DNA of 63,956 nucleotides, counting the filler, from Acidimicrobiia bacterium (lineage in GTDB: Bacteria > Actinomycetota > Acidimicrobiia > Spongiisociales > CAZKJJ01), in assembly GCA_046759765.1 (NCBI GenBank). It is 3 parts of 3 records of this genome, joined end to end, with 100 filler letters (N's around TTAATTAATTAA, not from the genome) between each part and the next. Parts side by side here need not be neighbours in the genome. Positions count along the whole stretch, not along the records: positions 1 to 22,430 come from JBHICV010000026.1; 2 more parts are not named here. One strand, written 5' to 3'. A program made the position numbers and the translations under genes. Shown one piece after another: positions 1 through 9,571 of this stretch. The notes beneath the pieces are model-generated. The model made no database searches and had not been told where the DNA came from. It saw only the letters and a program-made list of their open reading frames with translations. Position 1 is the first letter of the stretch. Each line of letters starts with the position of its first letter.

Positions 1-605
1 AAGCTCAGGATCTGAAGCTCGGTCGATAGGTCTACGTTTCTCAGCTCGACTGTGTCGGGGGAGGACAAGACGGCGGGAGCGAAGTTGAGAATGGACCGAA
101 CCCCCGCCTCGGACAACAACTCGAGGGTTTCCTGAGCTGCGCCGGCCGGAGTCGTGATCAAACCAATCGAGACGTTATGGGCTTCGACGTCGGCCGGAAG
201 GTCCGAGATGTGACGAATGGCGAGACCGTCCACCTTCTTGCCGATCTTGGCGCGATCGATGTCGTAGAGGCCGACGATGCGGAAGCCCCGCTCGGGGAAT
301 CCACCGAAGTTGGAAAGCGCGGAGCCGAGATTGCCCATGCCGACAATTACCACGTTCCAGTCGCGCATCAAGCCAAGCTCGGTTCGGATCTGGAACGCGA
401 GGTGATCGACCTCGTATCCGACGCCTCTTACCCCGTACGACCCGAGGTAGGAGAGATCTTTTCTCACCTTGGCCGAGTTGACATGGGCGATGTGTGCCAG
501 CTCTTGGGATGAGACCGTCCCCTGCGAGTGCTCGAGCCTTTCAAGACATTGGAGGTAGAGGGGGAGGCGCGCGACGGTCGCGGGCGGGATGACAGAACGT
601 GGCAC
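1..605 (-). CDS. rex: Redox-sensing transcriptional repressor Rex (3' end outside window)
   Basis: Absent from the ORF track. My translation of the minus strand from GTG 605 gives MPRSVIPPATVARLPLYL...VSSQELAHIAHVNSAKVRKDLSYLGSYGVRGVGY, the Rex winged-helix signature. GGAG lies upstream. Confidence 0.93.
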   Translation of the reverse strand, partial: MPRSVIPPATVARLPLYLQCLERLEHSQGTVSSQELAHIAHVNSAKVRKDLSYLGSYGVRGVGYEVDHLAFQIRTELGLMRDWNVVIVGMGNLGSALSNFGGFPERGFRIVGLYDIDRAKIGKKVDGLAIRHISDLPADVEAHNVSIGLITTPAGAAQETLELLSEAGVRSILNFAPAVLSSPDTVELRNVDLSTELQILS

Positions 606-686
606 CGCTCCACGATAAACGGCACGCTCCCCTTTCGAGAATCGAGGCCGGATGCGTGAGCAGGGTCGACCGGTAGGCTCGGGCCG

Positions 687-1922
687 ATGCCGAACCCGGA
701 AGTCGTTGTGGTCGGCGGAGGACCCGCTGGATCCGCCGCCGCCTACCGCCTCGCAGAAGCGGGGCGGGACGTCTTGCTTGCGGAGCGTAAGTCGTATCCG
801 CGGGAGAAAACGTGTGGCGACGGTCTCACGCCGCGCGCCATATTCGCGCTTCAGGAGATGGGTTTTGATTTCGAGGTACCGACGTTCCATAAGGTCGACG
901 GCATTCGTTCGTACGCGGGAGACGATTACCTCGAGCTGACGTGGCCGCAGCACTCGCAGTTTCCTGCGTGGGGGGGTGTCATTCGCAGGTCGGACCTGGA
1001 CGAGCAGGTGGTGGCTCTGGCTCGAAAGCAGGGCGCAGCGGTTTCTGAGAACACCGAAGCCCGCCCGTTGCTGGTCGATGGAAGCCTCGAGGGAGTCGAG
1101 CTGGTATCCGATGGCGAGACGGAGACCATGAACCCGTTAGTGGTGATCGTGGCCGACGGATCGCTTTCGCGGTTCGGCCGAGCTCTGGGCGCGGAACGTC
1201 GCCGGGACTACCCGTTGGGCCTGGCCGCTCGGGCCTACTGGACCAGCCCGAGAGCCGATGATCGATTCATGGAGAGCCAGCTCGACCTCCGCGACGCAAG
1301 AGGCGACACGCTGCCCGGGTACGGCTGGGTGTTCCCACTCGGAGACGGAACCGTCAACGTTGGGGTGGGTTTGTTGTCGACCTTCAGGCGCTGGAAGGAC
1401 GTCAACACCACCACGATGCTCTACGACTACGCCGCTAGCGCACCGGACTATTGGTCGATCTCGGAAGAAACGCGGCTGACCGATCCGCGCGGCGGCAAGC
1501 TGTCGATGGCTCTATCCCTCGGGCCCTTGGTGGGGCCTAATTGGGTGGTAGTAGGCGACGCGGCCGCGGCCATCAATCCGTGGAATGGAGAGGGGATCTC
1601 TCTCGCCTACGAGACGGGCAGGATGTCTGCGGAGGTGGTACACGCCGCCCTCGAGGCCAATGATCTCTCGCTTCTCTCCCGATACCCGCAAGAGTTGAGC
1701 GACACCTACGGCGACTACTACCGCTTCGCCCGCCTGTTCGGCAGGGCGATCGGCCGTCCGACGGTCATGAGGTCGCTGGCCCACGTCGGCCTCAACTCCA
1801 GGCCGCTGATGGAGTGGGTGCTCACGGTGATGGCAAATCTGCTCGAGCCATCCGAGCGAGGCATAGGCGAACAGGTTTATCGAATGCTCGAGCGGCTGGT
1901 CCGGGTCACGCCCGGCTTCTAG
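687..1922 (+). CDS. Geranylgeranyl reductase family FAD oxidoreductase (MenJ-like menaquinone reductase)
   Basis: GGGPAG FAD motif, REKTCGDGLTPRA, GYGWVFP, GDAA..NP.NGEGI; position just upstream of nuo as in actinobacteria. Confidence 0.85.
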   Translation: MPNPEVVVVGGGPAGSAAAYRLAEAGRDVLLAERKSYPREKTCGDGLTPRAIFALQEMGFDFEVPTFHKVDGIRSYAGDDYLELTWPQHSQFPAWGGVIRRSDLDEQVVALARKQGAAVSENTEARPLLVDGSLEGVELVSDGETETMNPLVVIVADGSLSRFGRALGAERRRDYPLGLAARAYWTSPRADDRFMESQLDLRDARGDTLPGYGWVFPLGDGTVNVGVGLLSTFRRWKDVNTTTMLYDYAASAPDYWSISEETRLTDPRGGKLSMALSLGPLVGPNWVVVGDAAAAINPWNGEGISLAYETGRMSAEVVHAALEANDLSLLSRYPQELSDTYGDYYRFARLFGRAIGRPTVMRSLAHVGLNSRPLMEWVLTVMANLLEPSERGIGEQVYRMLERLVRVTPGF

Positions 1923-4747
1923 CGAACGGCCGCGAGGATCTTCCACTCGCCGGGAACCCCTTTGAGCGGGTGCGCTCCCTGCTCTTCGAACCGAAAGCCC
2001 GACCCGACTGCCAGCGCCGCGGTCGTCTCGGACACAAACACCTCACCGGCGCCGGCCAGGTCCGAGATCCTCGAGGAGATGTGCACTCCGATCCCACCTA
2101 TGTCGTGGCCTCGCAGTTCGATCTCGCCGGTGTGTACGCCGGCCCGCATCTCGAGTCCGAGGGGCCGGAGCCGATCTCGAAGGCCGAAAGCGGAGTCGAT
2201 CGCGTAGGTGGGCGCATCGAAGGTGGCCATCAGCCCATCTCCCGAGGTCTTGATGATCGTGCCCTCGTGGTTGCCGATCACTTCGGTCGCAATGCTGTCG
2301 TGAGTGTCGAGCAGGGCCTTCCATCTCCGGTCGCCCATCTCGGCTGCCATTCCTGTCGAGTCGATCAGGTCGGTGAACAGCACGGTGGCCAGAACGCGGC
2401 TCCCGCGGGCCTGTGCACCCAGCTTGCTCCGCACCCGGTCGGCCATAACCCGAGCACCGAGCGCCTCGAAGATGTCGAGCGCGGTCTGCAAAGAATCGGG
2501 CTCGTCTGACTCGGCCAGTGCCACCGCTTGCTCGTACGGCTGACCCTGTTCCTCCCATGCCTCGGCGGCTGTATCCCACTTCCCCTCGATCAGCCACCGG
2601 TAGGGATCGGAGGCTTGGAATGGGGCCCGGTCCAACATCCCTGCCCGCCAGGCCCAGAGTGCCATCTGTCCGACCTGCTCGCCTCTCCCGAGCGAAAGCG
2701 CCAGGTCGTATGCGTAACGAAGGTCGCTCGTGATGCCGCCCATATCCCCCTCGAACCAGGCGAGTTCCGCGCGGGCAGCCATGGCCGGAACAATGCGTTG
2801 CAGCTCCCCCGTTGCCTCGGCCTTTTCCCAGACCTTGGCTACGGTTCCGGCCGCGGCTGGGTCTCCTCTACGTACCTGTAGCGTCCCTTTCACAATGCCG
2901 GCGGGCAGCAGGGTGATCCGAACGTCCTCGGGTCGGGAGAGAGCAGCATCAGCGTCTTTCTCGGCTCCCGCCCAGTCGCCGATCTGCGTCCTGATAATGG
3001 CTCTGGTCGCCATGAGATAGGTCTCGAAGCCCGTCTGGTCGTACTCACGGCTATAAGCAAGCGCCTCCTCGAGGAGGCCGGCCGCCCGGTCATATTGGTA
3101 GTCGCTGATGAGGTACCAGACGAGGTTGGTGTACGAGCGACAAGCATGCTCGTGCAAACCTTCCCGCCTAGCGAGGTCAAGGCTCTTCCGTACAAGGATC
3201 TCGCCCTCGGATGCTTCTCCGCCGATCCAGAGGGCCGAGCCGACGTTGTTGAGGGCGTGGCTGAGGGGTTCGTAGGCTTCGAGCCTTTCGGCCAGCTCGA
3301 TCGCCTTTCTACCCCAGGAAAGGGCCGCGTCTTTTTGCTGCGCAAGCATCGCCAGCTGGGCGAGGTTCGAATACGCCATGGCTAGATGCTCTGAGGGGGG
3401 AAGCTGCTCGAGCGCCTCGACTGCCTCGGCCGCGGCCCGCTCCGCTCGGGACCTTTCCCCACGCCACCAATAGATCCGGGAGACCAGCCGTAGAGTGCGC
3501 CCGACGCCGGCCTGGTCCTCTAGTTCTCGTCTCAGTTCCAGAGCCTGCAGAGCGGCTTCGATCGCTGCGTCGCCGTGATCGATGATGTAGGACTCCATCG
3601 CGTACTCCTCATACACCTGGGCGCGTTCCGAAACATCGAGGCGATGGAGAATGGGCAGAGTTCGCGCGAAGTGGGCGGAGGCCTCGCGATGGGCGCTCAC
3701 CTTGGCGGCTTGACGCGCCGCTACTACGGCCCATCTCAGCACGGCCTCTGTATTTCCTGCCTCCTCGGCATGGTGGACCAGGCGGGCGGGATCCGCCTGC
3801 TGCTCCTCGAGCGCCCGCAGGACCTCGTAGTTGAGCGCTCGACGCCGCCGATCCGGGAGAGATGACTCGACCGCTCGGCGGGCGAGCTCGTGGCGAAACC
3901 AGATTGTGTCGGAACTCGCGTGCAGTAGTGCCTGCTCCTCACACTCCGTCAGGCAGCGGTCGAGATCGGCCACGCTCGCCTCCAGGAGTTCCCTCTCTGC
4001 GCGGGCCGGAACGACGGATGCCAGCTCGAGCAGGTCTCGAGCTTCTTTCGAGAGGCTCCCGGTTCTCGCCAGGACCGCCGCCCGGACGTTACGAGGAACT
4101 GTCTCCGGAGGTGCTGCCACGAGTTCCGTAACGAAGAAAGGGTTGCCGCCGGTTATCTGGATCAGCTCTTCGACTGCCCAATCGTGCCCCTCAGCGAGCG
4201 CGGCCACGGCGTCCGCGCTGAGCTCACCCAGCTCGATACGTCTCAGCGAGGTGGGCGGGAGGCTCCCCACGGTGATCAATAGAGGATGGTCGGCTGCCTC
4301 GTCGTCACGGAACGAGACGATGACGACCGCCCGCGAGCGCTCCAGTCGCCGACCGGCGAACCGGATCACGTCGAGCGAGGCTTGATCGGCCCAGTGGGCA
4401 TCTTCGATGACCGCGACAGTCGGACGGCTACCGCGCTCGAGCTCGGTGAGGAAGGCCGCCATCACTTCATGAGGCTCGCCGCGGTCCTGAAGCAGTTGGG
4501 CCAGCTCGCCACCGGTCTGGCGGGCGATGTCGTGGAACGGTCCGAGCGGTCGCGGGGTGAGAAGGTCGTCGCAGGCACCCCAGAGCGTTCTAGCTCGGTC
4601 GCCCTGCTCATCGAGAAACGCCTCTATCAGCGAAGTCTTGCCCACGCCGGCCTCGCCCGAGATCAAGACCAGCGACCCGCGACCGGCCGCGGCATCGTCG
4701 AGCGCGTCCCCTAGATCGGTGAGTTGTTGATCCCGTTCCAACAGCAT
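1919..4747 (-). CDS. STAND (AAA_16/MalT-like) ATPase with TPR region and C-terminal class III adenylate/guanylate cyclase domain
   Basis: Walker A GEAGVGKT, Walker B IEDAHWAD, TGGNPFF, TPR-like helices; C-terminal TVLFTDLIDST, IKTSGDG, RAGVHTGE, GVHISSRI. Confidence 0.88.
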   Translation of the reverse strand: MLLERDQQLTDLGDALDDAAAGRGSLVLISGEAGVGKTSLIEAFLDEQGDRARTLWGACDDLLTPRPLGPFHDIARQTGGELAQLLQDRGEPHEVMAAFLTELERGSRPTVAVIEDAHWADQASLDVIRFAGRRLERSRAVVIVSFRDDEAADHPLLITVGSLPPTSLRRIELGELSADAVAALAEGHDWAVEELIQITGGNPFFVTELVAAPPETVPRNVRAAVLARTGSLSKEARDLLELASVVPARAERELLEASVADLDRCLTECEEQALLHASSDTIWFRHELARRAVESSLPDRRRRALNYEVLRALEEQQADPARLVHHAEEAGNTEAVLRWAVVAARQAAKVSAHREASAHFARTLPILHRLDVSERAQVYEEYAMESYIIDHGDAAIEAALQALELRRELEDQAGVGRTLRLVSRIYWWRGERSRAERAAAEAVEALEQLPPSEHLAMAYSNLAQLAMLAQQKDAALSWGRKAIELAERLEAYEPLSHALNNVGSALWIGGEASEGEILVRKSLDLARREGLHEHACRSYTNLVWYLISDYQYDRAAGLLEEALAYSREYDQTGFETYLMATRAIIRTQIGDWAGAEKDADAALSRPEDVRITLLPAGIVKGTLQVRRGDPAAAGTVAKVWEKAEATGELQRIVPAMAARAELAWFEGDMGGITSDLRYAYDLALSLGRGEQVGQMALWAWRAGMLDRAPFQASDPYRWLIEGKWDTAAEAWEEQGQPYEQAVALAESDEPDSLQTALDIFEALGARVMADRVRSKLGAQARGSRVLATVLFTDLIDSTGMAAEMGDRRWKALLDTHDSIATEVIGNHEGTIIKTSGDGLMATFDAPTYAIDSAFGLRDRLRPLGLEMRAGVHTGEIELRGHDIGGIGVHISSRISDLAGAGEVFVSETTAALAVGSGFRFEEQGAHPLKGVPGEWKILAAVR

Positions 4748-4836
4748 TGGGTCATCGTACGCGAGGCCCCGATGGTGGTTTTGTGATATCTCCGACCCGC
4801 TTCCTAATCTCAGCTATAGGACTAGGAAGTGAGCCC

Positions 4837-5247
4837 TTGACCCTGGCCGACTACCTGCCAATCGCCGTTATGTTCGTGTTGGTAGCGGGTTTCGGGGTTT
4901 TCTCGCTGGTGGTCTCGCGTCTGGTCGCACCCAACCGCCCCACCCCGGAGAAACTCGCTCCCTACGAGTGCGGCATCGTCTCGGAGTACGAGCCCTCACA
5001 GCGATTTCCGGTCAAGTTCTATCTCATCGCGATGCTATTCGTGGTATTCGATGTCGAGATCGTGTTTCTGTTCGCCTGGGCGACCCGGTTTCGCGAGCTG
5101 GGTTGGTATGGGATTGCAGTCATCGGGATCTTCACCTTCCTGGTGATCGAGACACTCGCTTACGTCTGGAAGCGGGGAGCGCTGGACTGGAACATCCGCC
5201 GCCGGGCGCGTTATCGGGAGCTAGCAGAGGTAGACGAGGCGGCCTGA
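4837..5247 (+). CDS. nuoA: NADH-quinone oxidoreductase subunit A
   Basis: [28 protein letters not shown] 4837 with AGGAAG upstream. Confidence 0.93.
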   Translation: MTLADYLPIAVMFVLVAGFGVFSLVVSRLVAPNRPTPEKLAPYECGIVSEYEPSQRFPVKFYLIAMLFVVFDVEIVFLFAWATRFRELGWYGIAVIGIFTFLVIETLAYVWKRGALDWNIRRRARYRELAEVDEAA

Positions 5248-5714
5248 TGGTCAGCTCCCCGTCCAACCTTCTCACCACCACGCTCACCAAGGCGGCTAAC
5301 TGGGCAAGAACGCAGTCGATGTGGCCGGCGACCTTCGGCCTGGCGTGCTGTGCGATCGAGATGATGGCGACCGGGGCCGCCCACTACGACCTGGCCCGCT
5401 TCGGAATGGAGGTCTTTCGGGCTTCCCCCCGCCAAGCCGACCTGATGATCGTGGCGGGCCGCGTGTCCCAGAAGATGGCGCCCGTCCTGCGCCAGGTCTA
5501 CGACCAGATGACCGAGCCCAAGTGGGTCATCTCGATGGGAGCGTGCGCCTCGACCGGCGGGATGTTCAACAACTACGCGCTGGTTCAGGGCGTCGATCAG
5601 GTCGTTCCCGTCGACATCTACGTGCCTGGTTGTCCTCCCGGCCCTCAGTCACTCATGCACGGCATCCTCACCCTCCAGCAGAAGATCATGTCCGGGGAGC
5701 TGGCCCGGACATGA
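5247..5714 (+). CDS. nuoB: NADH-quinone oxidoreductase subunit B
   Basis: [38 protein letters not shown] coupling. Confidence 0.97.
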   Translation: MVSSPSNLLTTTLTKAANWARTQSMWPATFGLACCAIEMMATGAAHYDLARFGMEVFRASPRQADLMIVAGRVSQKMAPVLRQVYDQMTEPKWVISMGACASTGGMFNNYALVQGVDQVVPVDIYVPGCPPGPQSLMHGILTLQQKIMSGELART

Positions 5715-6235
5715 CGGACGAATCGGTACAGACGGAGTCCGAGGGGGCGAGGCCGCTTCCCGACGACCCAGCCATCAGGGCCGTGTTGGAACCGTTTGAT
5801 GAAGTCTCATGGGAGCAGTCTCTCGGCCAGGACGTAGCGGTAGTTCCACCCCATCTTCTTCGGGAGGTGGCGGCCGCGGCCCAAACCGCAGGATTCGAGA
5901 TGTGTGCCGACGTCACCGCCGTTGACTACAAAGGCCGTCGGTCCGAGCGTTTCGAGGTCGTCGTCTCTCTCCTGTCGATGAGCCATCGCCTCCGCCTGCG
6001 GCTGCGCGTGCCTGTCTCGGGAGCGGACCCGGAGGTTCCTTCCCTTTGTCCCGTGTATCCAGGCGCTAACTACTTCGAGCGAGAAGTGTTCGACATGTTC
6101 GGCGTCAGCTTCGCCGATCATCCTGACCTGACGCGGATCCTCATGCCCGACGATTGGGAAGGTCACCCACTTCGTAAGGACTTTGGGGTGGGGTCCGTCC
6201 CGGTTCAGTTCAAAGCGTCCCACCAGGTGCAGTGA
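5711..6235 (+). CDS. nuoC: NADH-quinone oxidoreductase subunit C
   Basis: [35 protein letters not shown] overlap. Confidence 0.95.
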   Translation: MTDESVQTESEGARPLPDDPAIRAVLEPFDEVSWEQSLGQDVAVVPPHLLREVAAAAQTAGFEMCADVTAVDYKGRRSERFEVVVSLLSMSHRLRLRLRVPVSGADPEVPSLCPVYPGANYFEREVFDMFGVSFADHPDLTRILMPDDWEGHPLRKDFGVGSVPVQFKASHQVQ

Positions 6236-7584
6236 TGGCAGACGAAGAGCGGACCACAACTGAGATCTGGGTGTCCGGAACCGAGGAGCCCGACTTCATG
6301 CAACGGGGGACGGAAGAGGGCGACCAGGAACTGCGGGTGAAGGAGGTCGGGCCGCGGCTGGCGGAGCAGACGGGGTCGAGCGTGCTCGAGGACTACGTCG
6401 TTTTCGACGAGGCCGCGGACGACGAGACGATGGTCATCAACATGGGACCGCAGCATCCCTCTACCCACGGCGTGCTGAGGCTGCAGCTGGAGCTGGAAGG
6501 GGAGATTGTCCGCCGGGTGAAGCCGATCATCGGCTATCTGCATACCGGGATGGAGAAGACGGCGGAAGAACTGACCTTCATGCAGGGTCCCACCAACGTC
6601 ACTCGAATGGACTACCTCTCCCCGTTCTTCGAGGAGCTGGTGTTCTCGCTGGCAACCGAGGAGCTGCTCGGAATCGAAGTGCCGCCGCGAGCGGCTGCGA
6701 TCAGGGTGATGATGACCGAGCTCAACCGGGTCACTAGCCATCTCGTGGCGCTGGCCACCCAGGGCCTGGATATGGGCGCGCTCTCGATGATGATCTACGG
6801 CTTCCGAGAGCGGGAGCCGATCCTCGACTTCTTCGAGAAGGCAACCGGGCTGCGGATGAACCACAACTACATCCGCCCCGGTGGCGTGGCTGCCGATCTC
6901 CCGGACGGCTGGGAAGAGGACGTTGCCGAGATCGTGGAGCTGATTCCCGAGCGGCTCATCGAACACGAGGATCTTCTCCGTCAGAACCCGATTTGGGAGG
7001 GCAGAACCCACGGCGTCGGCATCATCACGACGGAGGAGTGCTTAGCCTTGGGCGTCACCGGCCCGACTTTGCGGGCGACCGGCTCCGACTGGGACCTGAG
7101 GAGGGCCATGCCCTACTCGGGCATCGAGCAGTACCGGTTCGAGGTACCGACTGGGAGCAACGGCGATGTATTCGACCGGTACGTGGTTCGTCTCGAGGAG
7201 ATGCGCCAATCGATCGCGATCGTGTCGCAGGTCGCCGAGACAATGCCGAGCGGCGATTACCGAAGCACAGATCGCAAGGTCACGCCTCCGCCCCGCGCCC
7301 GGCTCGACGAGTCGATGGAGGCGTTGATCCATCACTTCAAGCTCTTCACCGAGGGCTTCAAGGTCCCTGAAGGAGAGACGTACGTCGCCGTCGAGTCACC
7401 AAGAGGCGAGCTGGGCTGCTACCTGGTGTCCGACGGTGGGGGCCGGCCGTGGCGCTGCCATGTGCGAGCCCCCTCATTCGCCAACCTGCAAGCCCTTCCG
7501 GTCATCATGGCCGACTCGCTAGTGGCGGACACGATTGCTGCCATCGCGTCGCTGGACCCGCTGATAGGAGACGTCGATCGATGA
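6235..7584 (+). CDS. nuoD: NADH-quinone oxidoreductase subunit D
   Basis: NMGPQHPSTHGVLRL, GYLHTGMEK, ESPRGELG, C-terminal GDVDR. Confidence 0.97.
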   Translation: MADEERTTTEIWVSGTEEPDFMQRGTEEGDQELRVKEVGPRLAEQTGSSVLEDYVVFDEAADDETMVINMGPQHPSTHGVLRLQLELEGEIVRRVKPIIGYLHTGMEKTAEELTFMQGPTNVTRMDYLSPFFEELVFSLATEELLGIEVPPRAAAIRVMMTELNRVTSHLVALATQGLDMGALSMMIYGFREREPILDFFEKATGLRMNHNYIRPGGVAADLPDGWEEDVAEIVELIPERLIEHEDLLRQNPIWEGRTHGVGIITTEECLALGVTGPTLRATGSDWDLRRAMPYSGIEQYRFEVPTGSNGDVFDRYVVRLEEMRQSIAIVSQVAETMPSGDYRSTDRKVTPPPRARLDESMEALIHHFKLFTEGFKVPEGETYVAVESPRGELGCYLVSDGGGRPWRCHVRAPSFANLQALPVIMADSLVADTIAAIASLDPLIGDVDR

Positions 7585-7606
7585 CGCGCTTCAGGCGAGA
7601 AGGCCA

Positions 7607-9571
7607 GTGACCTCGCTCGACGTCGACCACGCCGAAGGCCTTATCGACCGCTATCCCGAGCGGCGCTCGGCGGTGCTCCCGTTGCTCTACCTGGCGATGA
7701 AGCGCGATGGCCACATCGGGGACGAGGCGATGCGCTGGGTGGCCGGAAAGGTGGGCCTGACGCCCGCTCAGGTCCACTCAGTGGCCAGCTTCTACACGAT
7801 GTTCAAGCAGGAGCCGGTCGGCCGCTATCTCGTGTCGGTGTGTACGTCCATTTCTTGCATGCTCGAGGGCAGCGACGACGTGCTCGAGGCTATAGAGGAC
7901 GAAACCGGTGTCCCCGCCGGCGAGACGGACAGCTCGGGCCTTCTGTCGGTCGAGCACGTCGAGTGCATCGGTGCGTGCGGGGGTGCCCCGGCTTTGCAGG
8001 TCAACTACGAGCTGGTCGAGGGCATCAACCCGGAAAAGGCGAGGGCCCTAGGCCGCTGGCTGCGCGATGCGCAACCCGACGTGGTCGGAACCGACGAGAT
8101 GCAAGAGCTGTTCGGAGGGAGACGCTCGTACGACTGGGGAAGCCGCGAGTCCGTGGGCGCCGTCGGTCCCTATCCCGCCTTCGGTCCCTACGGAACCGGG
8201 GGGAAGACTGCGGCTTCCGAGCCCTCGACCCCGGCCACCGAGGACCTCGCGCAGGGCCGCACAGGGTTGAGCAAGGCGGACGCAACACCCCTCATCCTCA
8301 CGCAGCGCATGGAGGACCACCCTGCGGACAGCCACCTGCTGGAGCGATACGAGGCCACCGGCGGGTATCGGGCTCTGCGGAAGGCCCTCGACGTGGAGCC
8401 GTCAGACATAACCGAACAGGTGAAGGCCTCCGAGCTACGGGGACGCGGCGGGGCCGGCTTCTCCTGCGGAATGAAGTGGTCCTTCCTCGGACAGGCCCGC
8501 CCGGCCTATCTCATTGTGAACGCTGACGAGTCCGAGCCGGGGACGTTCAAGGACCGGCAGCTCCTGGAACGCGACCCGCACCAGATGCTCGAGGGAACAA
8601 TCATTGCTTCGTTCGCCAACGACGTAAACGAGGCCTTCGTTTACGTGCGGGGCGAGTACGCAAAGCCTGCCCGTCGCGTGCAGCAAGCGGTGGAAGATGC
8701 TTACGGCGCCGGATACCTGGGCAAGAACATCCTCGGATCCGGATACGACCTCGATGTAACCGTCCATCTCGGAGCCGGCGCCTACATCTGTGGTGAGGAA
8801 ACCGCTCTTCTGAACAGCCTCGAGGGACGGCGCGGCGAGCCCCGTCTCAAGCCTCCCTACTACCCGGCCGCGATGGGCCTCTACGACCTTCCCACCATCG
8901 TCAACAACGTTGAGACACTCTCGAACATCCCATTCATCATCTCGGAGGGAAGCGCCTCCTATTCGTCGCTTGGCCCAGAAGGATCGAAGGGCACCCGACT
9001 GTTCAGCCTGTCTGGCGCCGTCGAGCGGCCCGGCAACTTCGAGATTGTCATGGGCATGACTTGGCGGGAGCTGATATACGCGATCGGAGGGGGCATCCCG
9101 GGAGGGAAGGAGCTCAAGACATGGGTTCCCGGAGGGGCGTCCGCTCCCTGGCTGGGACCCGAGCACCTGGACACGCCCGTAGCCATCGACGAAGTCGGTG
9201 AGCTCGGCACAATGCTTGGCTCCGGCGCGGTCATCGTGATGGACTCCGAGACCTGCACGGTCAGAGCCGCCGAGCGAATCGTCCGGTTCTTCGCCCACGA
9301 GTCCTGTGGCCAGTGCACGCCCTGCCGGGAAGGCGCCACCTGGCTCGAGATGGTCCTCCGACGCATCGAAGAAGGTAGCGGCCGGGAGCAGGACATCGAT
9401 CTGATCCTCGACGTTTCGGACAACATCAGCCCCGGGCTCGATTGGCCGCCGAAGATGACCACCATCTGTCCACTGGGACCGTCAGCGGTCTCTCCGATCA
9501 CGTCGCTGGTCTCCTTCTTCAAGGACGAGCTTCTCGACCACATTCACGGCGGAGGCTGCCCCTTTGACTGA
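7607..9571 (+). CDS. nuoEF: Fused NADH-quinone oxidoreductase subunits E and F
   Basis: N-terminal NuoE [2Fe-2S] motifs (VCTSISC, VECIGAC), then in frame NuoF (LRGRGGAGF, NADESEPG, GAGAYICGEE, ESCGQCTPCREG). Confidence 0.9.
   Translation: MTSLDVDHAEGLIDRYPERRSAVLPLLYLAMKRDGHIGDEAMRWVAGKVGLTPAQVHSVASFYTMFKQEPVGRYLVSVCTSISCMLEGSDDVLEAIEDETGVPAGETDSSGLLSVEHVECIGACGGAPALQVNYELVEGINPEKARALGRWLRDAQPDVVGTDEMQELFGGRRSYDWGSRESVGAVGPYPAFGPYGTGGKTAASEPSTPATEDLAQGRTGLSKADATPLILTQRMEDHPADSHLLERYEATGGYRALRKALDVEPSDITEQVKASELRGRGGAGFSCGMKWSFLGQARPAYLIVNADESEPGTFKDRQLLERDPHQMLEGTIIASFANDVNEAFVYVRGEYAKPARRVQQAVEDAYGAGYLGKNILGSGYDLDVTVHLGAGAYICGEETALLNSLEGRRGEPRLKPPYYPAAMGLYDLPTIVNNVETLSNIPFIISEGSASYSSLGPEGSKGTRLFSLSGAVERPGNFEIVMGMTWRELIYAIGGGIPGGKELKTWVPGGASAPWLGPEHLDTPVAIDEVGELGTMLGSGAVIVMDSETCTVRAAERIVRFFAHESCGQCTPCREGATWLEMVLRRIEEGSGREQDIDLILDVSDNISPGLDWPPKMTTICPLGPSAVSPITSLVSFFKDELLDHIHGGGCPFD

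Noticed and set aside
177..512. 111-aa plus-strand ORF
   Set aside because: Antisense shadow of rex
1919..4747. STAND protein as an Avs-type antiphage system
   Set aside because: The sequence pattern is of the LAL/MalT regulator type, the context is housekeeping genes, and no effector or defence neighbours are present
4780..4797. Possible Rex operator before nuoA
   Set aside because: Only the TTGTGA half matches; there is no TCACAA half
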